A stretch of 64,000 bases of DNA, taken from assembly GCA_965208105.1 (NCBI GenBank), contig OZ242318.1, forward strand, positions 448,001 to 512,000, in the 5' to 3' direction. This document shows positions 57,298-64,000 of the stretch, piece by piece (the first letter of the stretch is position 1; each line of letters begins with the position of its first letter). This DNA is from Candidatus Latescibacterota bacterium (GTDB taxonomy: Bacteria > Latescibacterota > UBA2968 > UBA8231). The translations under genes were made by a program, and so were the position numbers. The notes under the pieces are model-generated. The model was not told the origin of the DNA, made no database searches, and was given only the letters and a program-made list of their open reading frames with translations.

Positions 57298-58341
57298 TCA
57301 ATGGACCGTGCGTTCCCACAGCACCACGCGCTCGGGGTCGACCAGGGGAAGGACGGTATCTCCCGGCCGCCAGGACGGCTCTCTGGCGGCAAGGACATGG
57401 ATCTGGCATCCCGCCCACTCTACGAGAAGAATCCTGTGGTGCCCCGCGTCTTCGATCACCCGCACCAGGCCAGGGTCCTCCCCGCCGGCGAGGGCGATGT
57501 CTTCGGGCCTTATTCCCAGAAGCATCTCGCCCTTCCTCCCCCCAGCGGGCATTACCCGCGTGCCCCCGGCGGCCACCCAGTAGCCCTCGAACTCCCGGAC
57601 TTCGAGAATATTCATGGGTGGACGGCCCAACTGCCTGGCCACCACGGGTGACAGGGGCCGGAGATAGATCTCTTTCGCTCCACCCGTCTGGAGCACCCGG
57701 CCGCCCTCCAGCACGGCAATGCGGTCGCCCATGGACATGGCCTCGGCCTGGTCGTGGGTTACGTAAATCATGGGAATCCCCAGCTCGCGCTGGAGCACGA
57801 CCAACTCCACCCGCAAAGCCTCGCGCAGTTTGGCATCCAGATTGGTGAGAGGCTCGTCCATGAGAAAGAGGCGCGGCCGCCTGACAACGGCGCGGCCAAT
57901 GGCGACGCGCTGCATCTCTCCGCCGGACAGTTGTTCGACCCTGCGCTCCAGGAGATCTCCGATCCGCAGCAGAGACCCCGCCCATTGGATCCGCTCCTCG
58001 ATCTCGGCCGCCTTCAATCGGCGGCCGGGAGCCCTCAAAGGGAACTCCATGTTGCGGCGCACGGTCCAATCCGGGTAGAGGGAAAAATTCTGAAAGACCA
58101 ATGCCACGTCGCGCCCGGGAGGCAGCCGGTGGGTTATGTCCTCTCCGCCCATTTCGATACGGCCGGCTTCGGGCATCTCCAGTCCGGCAATGGTCCGTAG
58201 AAGGGTCGTTTTTCCGGCTCCGGTGGGTCCCAAAACCACCAGGAGCTCGGAAGGGCCCAACTCCAGGCTGACGGAGCGCAGAGCCTCGACGCGGCCGAAG
58301 CGCTTGCAAACACCCAGAAGCCGGAGAAATCCGTTTTTCAC
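57298..58341 (-). CDS. Sugar ABC transporter ATPase (MalK-like, TOBE domain)
   Basis: GPTGAGKT, LSGGEMQR, LMDEP and YVTHDQ; true start is the GTG at 58341 overlapping the upstream stop. Confidence 0.93.
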   Translation of the reverse strand: MKNGFLRLLGVCKRFGRVEALRSVSLELGPSELLVVLGPTGAGKTTLLRTIAGLEMPEAGRIEMGGEDITHRLPPGRDVALVFQNFSLYPDWTVRRNMEFPLRAPGRRLKAAEIEERIQWAGSLLRIGDLLERRVEQLSGGEMQRVAIGRAVVRRPRLFLMDEPLTNLDAKLREALRVELVVLQRELGIPMIYVTHDQAEAMSMGDRIAVLEGGRVLQTGGAKEIYLRPLSPVVARQLGRPPMNILEVREFEGYWVAAGGTRVMPAGGRKGEMLLGIRPEDIALAGGEDPGLVRVIEDAGHHRILLVEWAGCQIHVLAAREPSWRPGDTVLPLVDPERVVLWERTVH

Positions 58342-59402
58342 AGAGCCTCGCCCGTATCCGGGTCGAAGCAGCGAATGTGTCGCAGGTCGAAGCCCAGGGA
58401 AACCTCCTCGCCGCGTCGATACGAGCCACCCCCACCCACCTGCATGGTCAGGCGGCCCGACCCCGTATCCAGGTAGACATTGCGGCAGAATCCCAGGTAC
58501 TCCTCCGTCAGCACCCTGGCTTCGAGGAGCCCCGGAAAAGCCGGGCGCACGAACTCCGGACGCACCCCCAGGACAGCCCTGCCCACGCGAAGGGGACGCG
58601 GCAAGGGAAGATCCCACCCTCCGGCTGACGGGGTGAAGCGGCAATCCTCCCCTTCCCCAGCCACCTCTCCCTCGATCAGGTTCATTGCCGGACTGCCGAC
58701 GAAATGGGCAACGAAGAGGCCGGCAGGCCGATCGTAGACTTCGGCGGGGGTACCGCTTTGTCTGATGCGCCCCTCGTCCATCACCACCACCTGGTCGGCG
58801 AGGGACATGGCTTCCTCCTGGTCGTGAGTGACGTAGATGGTGGTCACTCCCATTTCCAGTTGCCGGGAGCGGATCCACTCGCGCATCTCCAGGCGCAGGT
58901 CGGCGTCGAGCGTGCCCAGGGGCTCGTCCATCAGGTAGAGCCGCGGCCTGCGCACCATCGCCCTCGCCAGGGCTACCCGCTGCTGGTCCCCCCCGCTCAA
59001 CTGGGGCGGATACAGGTCGGCCAGTGCTTCGAGCCCGAGGCGCGCGAGGATCTCGGCGACGCGCTCGCGGCGCTGGCGGGGGACACCCTCCATGCTCTCC
59101 AGGGGGAAGGCGATATTGTCGCGCACCGTCAGGTGGGGATAGAGCGAGTAGAACTGAAAGACGAAACCCACATCCCGCGCCGCCGGGGACATGGCGCTGA
59201 CGTCGGCTCCGGCCACTTTGATCTGTCCCCCGGTGGGGACCTCGAGCCCGGCGATCATGCGCAGAGTGGTGGTCTTGCCGCACCCGGAGGGCCCGAGAAG
59301 TACCACGAACTCCCCTTCCTCGCAGCGCAAGTCGATGCCTTTGACCGCTGCGGTACCCTCCGCATAGATTTTGCTGAGGCGGTTCAGTTCCAGGAAGCTC
59401 AT
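58338..59402 (-). CDS. Sugar ABC transporter ATPase (MalK-like, TOBE domain)
   Basis: GPSGCGKT, LSGGDQQR, LMDEP, YVTHDQ and FVGSPAMN. Confidence 0.95.
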   Translation of the reverse strand: MSFLELNRLSKIYAEGTAAVKGIDLRCEEGEFVVLLGPSGCGKTTTLRMIAGLEVPTGGQIKVAGADVSAMSPAARDVGFVFQFYSLYPHLTVRDNIAFPLESMEGVPRQRRERVAEILARLGLEALADLYPPQLSGGDQQRVALARAMVRRPRLYLMDEPLGTLDADLRLEMREWIRSRQLEMGVTTIYVTHDQEEAMSLADQVVVMDEGRIRQSGTPAEVYDRPAGLFVAHFVGSPAMNLIEGEVAGEGEDCRFTPSAGGWDLPLPRPLRVGRAVLGVRPEFVRPAFPGLLEARVLTEEYLGFCRNVYLDTGSGRLTMQVGGGGSYRRGEEVSLGFDLRHIRCFDPDTGEAL

Positions 59403-59661
59403 GTGTGTTCGTAGATTTCCATCAGGGGACCGGTTGGAGCACCAACCGGATAGATAGTAACTTCCCGATGCGCGCTTGACGCCTGAGCAGGGGGAATTAC
59501 AGGTCAAAACTACGATTCAATCGCCGATCTGCAAAAGATCGAAGACCTGCCATCTGCCTTGACCGGAAAACCGGAAGGTTCTTTAAATGTCTGTACTGGA
59601 ATCCACCTCGTCCGCTACCCCGAAAGTTTTTGGTCCAGACCTCACCGAGTCGGAGGACATG

Positions 59662-60033
59662 ATGCCAATCGTTCAATTGGAACTTGTGATTCGAGGTAAT
59701 TTCGAGCGAATCAGCGGCGACACCCTGCAGGACCTCGCCGACGAACTCGGTGAATATTTCCAGACGGACAGGGCCGCCACCTGGGTCAAGGTCGGCTACC
59801 TTCCATTCGAGCAATATGCGGAAAATCGGACCGCGCTTGGAGGCGAGGTAAGGCCCACCCTGGTCTACGTGCTGAAATACCGGCTTCCCCCACGGGACCA
59901 ACTAGCACAGGAAGCAAAGGACCTGTCGCGGATCGTGGCGAAACGCCTGCAGCGCCCCGAAGAAAACACTCACATAATTTTCGAGCCGGACGGGATAGGG
60001 CGGGTCGCTTTCGGCGGCGAACTGGTCACCTGA
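59662..60033 (+). CDS. Tautomerase/MIF superfamily-like protein
   Basis: GGAGG RBS then MPIVQLE (Pro-1); C-terminal HIIFEP..GRVAFGG. Confidence 0.65.
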   Translation: MPIVQLELVIRGNFERISGDTLQDLADELGEYFQTDRAATWVKVGYLPFEQYAENRTALGGEVRPTLVYVLKYRLPPRDQLAQEAKDLSRIVAKRLQRPEENTHIIFEPDGIGRVAFGGELVT

Positions 60034-60095
60034 TGCTTTTCAGCACTCCGCCGACGCCTTGTCGAGTTTCGATGCAATTGTCCTGAAGGAGGCGG

Positions 60096-60410
60096 TTATA
60101 CTACGGAAAGCGGTTCGATCCGGGCTAGTTCGTCTCGATACTGTTGCTTCAAATCCCAAAGATCCCTGGCATGTTGGGCTTGCAGCCAAAATTCAGGAGA
60201 GTTCTTGAACACGCGGGCTAGTTTCAACGCCATGATGGGCGAAACAGCACGCCGCTCGCGCACCAGTTCGTTAACGGTTTGACGAGAAACGCCCAATGCG
60301 GCAGCCAAAACAGTCGTCGTCAGACCATAATCGGGAAGAAAGTCTTCTCGCAACATCTCCCCAGGATGGGTAGGGGGAATGTTGCGTTTTTGCTTATTTG
60401 CAATAGCCAT
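60096..60410 (-). CDS. higA: HigA family antitoxin (Xre HTH)
   Basis: PTHPGEMLREDFL..LA.ALGVSRQTV..SPEFWLQAQ. Confidence 0.95.
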   Translation of the reverse strand: MAIANKQKRNIPPTHPGEMLREDFLPDYGLTTTVLAAALGVSRQTVNELVRERRAVSPIMALKLARVFKNSPEFWLQAQHARDLWDLKQQYRDELARIEPLSVV

Positions 60411-60420
60411 GGATTATTCC

Positions 60421-60701
60421 TTAATGGTAATCCGTGATTTCAACGTCGTAGGCCTCTCCGTCGACGAAGCGAAAACAGATGCGCCATTGGTCATTGATCG
60501 ATATTGAATGTTGTCCTTTGCGGTCCCCTTTCAAGGGATGCAGGCGGTTGCTCGGCGGTACCCTCAAATCGTTCAATGTACGAGCGAGATCGATGTATTC
60601 CAATCGCCGTATGGCTCTTCGAATCAGATGGCGGATAATCGTTTGAATTGTCCCGTGGTATAGAGCTGTTGAGTTGCTCTATCGGCGAATGTTTTGATCA
60701 C
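60421..60701 (-). pseudogene. higB: HigB/RelE toxin with a 1-bp frameshift near 60629
   Basis: GTG at 60701 gives VIKTFADRATQQLY..RLSAI*; LIRRAIRRLEYID..PPSNRLH.LKGDR.GQHSISINDQWRICF continues in another frame; the span is 281 nt. Confidence 0.85.
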
Positions 60702-60707
60702 AGGTCA

Positions 60708-60736
60708 ATTGTAACGTGCCACGTGATAATTGTCAA
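60708..60736 (-). promoter_or_regulatory. higBA sigma70 promoter with palindromic operator in the spacer; probably leaderless mRNA
   Basis: TTGACA-17 nt-TACAAT; ACGTG-N-CACGT palindrome at 60714-60724; -10 lies 6 nt from the GTG. Confidence 0.85.
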
Positions 60737-60745
60737 TTCCGGTTA

Positions 60746-60774
60746 GGGTTCATCCCCGCGTAGGCGGGGCAGCC
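60746..60774 (-). CRISPR. Single (orphan) type I-E-like CRISPR repeat with adjacent leader end; no array or cas genes in the window
   Basis: 29-nt GGCTGCCCCGCCTACGCGGGGATGAACCC with a CCCCGC/GCGGGG hairpin, preceded by AT-rich ...GGTGTTAGA. Confidence 0.65.
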
Positions 60775-60824
60775 TCTAACACCGGTGAGTGTATATATAT
60801 ACTGAACTATTGCAAACTTCGGCT

Positions 60825-62815
60825 GTGTGTCCAGCGAAGGCTGGCGTGTTCAGCAGGAGACAGTCCTGCCGGGGTAAGAGTCAGCAGCCCCGTAGCTTGG
60901 ATAGCAGGGTGGCGGGAAACCAACATCCTGAAGCCTATCGACAGAGTCTCCCTGGGGAGACTGCGAGTCATTGGGCCGTAACGAAAGTGAACGCAGAGGT
61001 GGCCTCGAAAGTGCAAAGCCCCGAAGGCCGAGCCGACAACCGGACGGCGAAGGCAGCATGGGCAGCCGAAGGCTGAATGAGACGGCTGCTTTACTTCGGC
61101 GGGTTGGTAGCGACGGCACGATGGCAAGGACATGCCGAGCAACTGGAGAAGCCCTCCTCGCCCCGGCGCGAAATCGCCGGAGCAGGGTAGGTCCTATAAC
61201 CGGAGACACCGGGAAGGGGACCGAAGGCGAGAGGGTGGCGGATGGGTGCATAGTAGCGAGGAAGCGGGGTAACGCCCGTGGAGCGAAGGCGCCCTGCTGT
61301 TGAACATTCTCCGACAACAACGGGAGGCACGGGTGGAATGATAAAAACGCCCATCACGGTGCAGGACCTGAGAAGGAGAATATACCTCAAGGCGAAGGCT
61401 GACAAGGCCTGGCGTTTCTGGGGACTGTACGTCCATGTATGCAAGAGGGAAACACTCCACGAGGCCTACAAGGCGGCCAAGCGCAATAACGGAGCCCCGG
61501 GTATTGATGGCATGACGTTTGCGGCCATCGAGCAGTCCGGCGTGGAGACGTTTCTGGAAGGCCTACGTGATGAACTGATCTCCGAGACCTATCGGCCCAT
61601 GAGGAATCGTCGGGTGGAAATTCCCAAGGGAGAGGGTACAACCCGTACTCTGGGGATACCCAGCATACGAGACCGCGTGGTCCAGGGGGCGCTCAAGCTG
61701 ATTCTGGAGCCTGTCTTCGAGGCTGATTTCCAACCGGGGTCGTATGGGTACCGGCCGAAGCGCACGGCCCATCAGGCCATTCAGCGGGTGGCGCAAGCGG
61801 TGGTTCAGAACAAGACCACGGTAATAGACGTGGACCTGGCTTCGTATTTCGACAGGATCCGCCATGACATTTTGTTGAGGAAAGTGGCGGAACGGGTTGA
61901 TGACCAGCAGGTTCTGAGGCTGCTGAAGTCCATTCTCAAGACCGGCGGCCGACGCGGCGTTCCTCAAGGGGGTGTCCTTTCCCCGTTGCTCAGCAACCTC
62001 TATCTCAACGGGGTAGACCAGATGCTGGAGCGGGCGAAGCGCGCCACTCGACGAGGGCGGTATACTTATATCGAGTATGTGCGGTTTGCTGATGATGTTG
62101 TGATCCTGGTCGACGGCTATCGGCGGTGGAAGTGGCTCGCCGCGGCGGTCGACCGACGACTTCGGGAAGAATTGGCCAAGCTCGATGTAGCGCTCAATCA
62201 CGACAAGACGCGTCGAATCGACCTGACCCGAGGCGAACACTTCGGATTCCTGGGGTTTGACTCTCGTCGAACCAGGACTCGGCGGGGGGTATGGGGCGTG
62301 CGCAACGTGCCGACGATGAAGGCACGTACGGCGCTTCTGCGCAAGCTCAAGGAGCTTTTTCGACGTTTTCGCTCCCAACCGATCGATCGGGTCATCGGCC
62401 TGATCAACCCGGTGTTGCGCGGATGGGTCAACTACTTCCGTGTGGGGCAGTCGAATCGATGCTTCAGGTATGTGAAAAACTGGGTTGAGAAGAAGATCAG
62501 ACGCCATCTGATGCGCGCGCGCCAAGGTCAGAGTTTTGGCTGGAAGAGGTGGAGTAGCCGGTGGTTATACAAAGAGCTCGGGCTATTCTCCGAGTATCGG
62601 GTGGCCTACCACCGGCCGAAAGCCCCTCCGGTACAATAGGTCCCATAGCCCTTGAGAGGAAATCAACAGGAAAGCCCGGTGCGGGAAATCCGCATGCCGG
62701 GGTTTGACGTGGCGGGAGTTGGAAACGTGATCAGGGGAGCCGGACTGAGGCCCATCGCGAAAGCGGTGGAATCGTCACCGGACCCTACCGTTGGCGCGCC
62801 AGCTCTCGACCCTAC
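60825..62815 (+). mobile_element. Full-length group II intron
   Basis: 5' GTGTG; domain V GAAAGCCCGGTGCGGGAAATCCGCATGCCGGGGTTTG; 3' ...CGACCCTAC; EBS/IBS complementarity. Confidence 0.93.
61338..62639 (+). CDS. ltrA: Group II intron reverse transcriptase/maturase (no endonuclease domain)
   Basis: GAPGIDG, LGIPSIRDRVVQ, SYGYRP, GVPQGG, YVRFADD and maturase RGWVNYF. Confidence 0.97.
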   Translation: MIKTPITVQDLRRRIYLKAKADKAWRFWGLYVHVCKRETLHEAYKAAKRNNGAPGIDGMTFAAIEQSGVETFLEGLRDELISETYRPMRNRRVEIPKGEGTTRTLGIPSIRDRVVQGALKLILEPVFEADFQPGSYGYRPKRTAHQAIQRVAQAVVQNKTTVIDVDLASYFDRIRHDILLRKVAERVDDQQVLRLLKSILKTGGRRGVPQGGVLSPLLSNLYLNGVDQMLERAKRATRRGRYTYIEYVRFADDVVILVDGYRRWKWLAAAVDRRLREELAKLDVALNHDKTRRIDLTRGEHFGFLGFDSRRTRTRRGVWGVRNVPTMKARTALLRKLKELFRRFRSQPIDRVIGLINPVLRGWVNYFRVGQSNRCFRYVKNWVEKKIRRHLMRARQGQSFGWKRWSSRWLYKELGLFSEYRVAYHRPKAPPVQ

Positions 62816-64000
62816 CAGGCCAGCTCAAGATATGTGACGATGCGCTGCTGATTCCACCCCAAAGTTGTAGCCTGTTCGACGGCCCAATGGATGGTCTTAC
62901 TGAGCGTTTCCCGCGACACGGCTCGACAGGCTTGGCCGATGGTCGTCAGCACACCATGTGGCCAGTCACGCGCACGGCCCTGCCCCATTTGGGCTATGAG
63001 GAGACTGTGCGCCAGCATCGCCAGATACAGGTGCCGGGTCTGGCCCTTGGCGCTGCGTAGCTGACAGTCTCCCATGCCCAGATGTTGCTTGCCGTCCCGG
63101 TGAAAGGTCTCCGTGCCCGTCCAGCGTTTGCGGTAGACGTTCAATATACGGCTGATCTCCCAATACACCCGGTTGGTCACCAGGTACTTGACCGGCTTCC
63201 TGCCGTTCTTGCGATCCCACAGAATCACCAGGCGGACGGGGTGATCGAGGTGGGGAAGACGCACGGTTCGGGTGTAATACCACTGTTTGCGATCGCCGAT
63301 GTCGACCCGTTTGCGCTCCTCGGGGGCGACCCCGGCGGCCCACTCGACCGCCTTCATCTCACCGCCCTTGAAACGCACCTTGCGGTTGCTCTTCAAATCC
63401 CCCACGTAGCCGCGCGTATGGCCTTGGATATGGTTGAGACTCTCGGCACTGGTGAAGTAGCAGTCAAAGGCGAAATCCCCGGGAATCTCTCGCTCCACCA
63501 CCCCGTCCACCAACTCCTTGAACAGGTCCGTGTGATTCTTGAAGGGCTCGGCCGACTCGCCTTCGACGCCCTCTTCCCGCTTGCGAAAACGACGAAACTC
63601 CAAAGGATAATGTTTCCCCGACGAACACACGTAGTTGGCGATCACGTAGTCGTGCGCAATCAGATGGCGCCCCTCGGCATGGTCCCAGAACCAACCCGCG
63701 CCCTCGATCATCTCCCCGCTATGGCCGACCAGGGTGTTGTCGATGGCGATCACCCCCCGCGCTGAATAGCGGGTCGAAGAATGACCCTGCAGCCAGGCCA
63801 AACGATGTTCGTTGAGTTGTTCCACGTCCCACGGCACCTGGGTGATCCAACGGTTCAGGCAGGATTGATCCGTGGTCTGGGCAAACTCGGCGTTGATCGC
63901 CGAAACGTTCTTGCGCTCGGCGACCATCAGCCCGGTCAGATACTCGGCAAAATGCCAGCGCTCCGGGGTGTTGGCGAACATCCAGCCGAATTCGTCCACG
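62812..64000 (-). CDS. IS701-family DDE transposase (5' end outside the window)
   Basis: YLTGL..RKN, IAIDNT, FAFDCYF and YRKRW..ETFHRDGKQHLG..CQLR. Confidence 0.9.
   Translation of the reverse strand, partial: VDEFGWMFANTPERWHFAEYLTGLMVAERKNVSAINAEFAQTTDQSCLNRWITQVPWDVEQLNEHRLAWLQGHSSTRYSARGVIAIDNTLVGHSGEMIEGAGWFWDHAEGRHLIAHDYVIANYVCSSGKHYPLEFRRFRKREEGVEGESAEPFKNHTDLFKELVDGVVEREIPGDFAFDCYFTSAESLNHIQGHTRGYVGDLKSNRKVRFKGGEMKAVEWAAGVAPEERKRVDIGDRKQWYYTRTVRLPHLDHPVRLVILWDRKNGRKPVKYLVTNRVYWEISRILNVYRKRWTGTETFHRDGKQHLGMGDCQLRSAKGQTRHLYLAMLAHSLLIAQMGQGRARDWPHGVLTTIGQACRAVSRETLSKTIHWAVEQATTLGWNQQRIVTYLELAW

Larger units (their letters stand above)
60802..64000 (-). mobile_element. IS701-family insertion sequence interrupted by a group II intron; other end outside the window
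   Basis: Transposase plus probable terminal IR CTGAACTATTGCAA next to a (TA)n tract. Confidence 0.75.

Noticed and set aside
57298-59283. 661-aa ATPase with a long N-terminal extension
   Set aside because: The first ~310 codons overlap the upstream ATPase in another frame; the real start is the GTG at 58341.
60746-60774. A full CRISPR array
   Set aside because: Only one repeat is visible, with no second copy at ~61-bp spacing and no cas genes in the window; reported only as an orphan repeat.
60730-61460. Several short ORFs upstream of the RT
   Set aside because: They lie in structured intron domains I-III and IS/leader sequence; no coding signal.

Overview
GC-rich bacterial chromosome segment. 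The gene content suggests a diderm, aerobic heterotroph of the FCB/PVC neighbourhood, such as Latescibacterota, but the taxon is an inference only. The left part is mostly housekeeping: smpB, cysS, four tRNAs, a complete alternative complex III (actABCDEFG) plus SCO plus caa3 oxidase operon, argG, mdh, and a lepA-lepB-hemW-thrB-wza-wzz operon. The most unusual material falls in three places. (1) Three paralogous ~960-aa secreted proteins of unknown family with Ca-binding DxDxDG repeats; two are in tandem and share a ~99% identical 3' 622 bp. (2) Convergent on these, a three-gene membrane module at 45.9-55.2 kb: a 1480-aa pseudo-M28/FtsX fusion, an OPT-like transporter with a Zn finger, a permuted Ig-like domain and Ca loops, and a DUF6785-like protein. 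It is divergent from a cytoplasmic GH29 fucosidase and lies near two orphan MalK-type ATPases, making it a candidate undescribed uptake system. (3) A nested mobile junction at 60.1-64 kb: higA plus frameshifted higB, a single type I-E CRISPR repeat with a leader end, an IS701-family element inserted in that leader, and a group II intron inserted antisense into the transposase stop codon, with EBS/IBS pairings that read the IS end. All family calls are by recognition of motifs; no searches were run.
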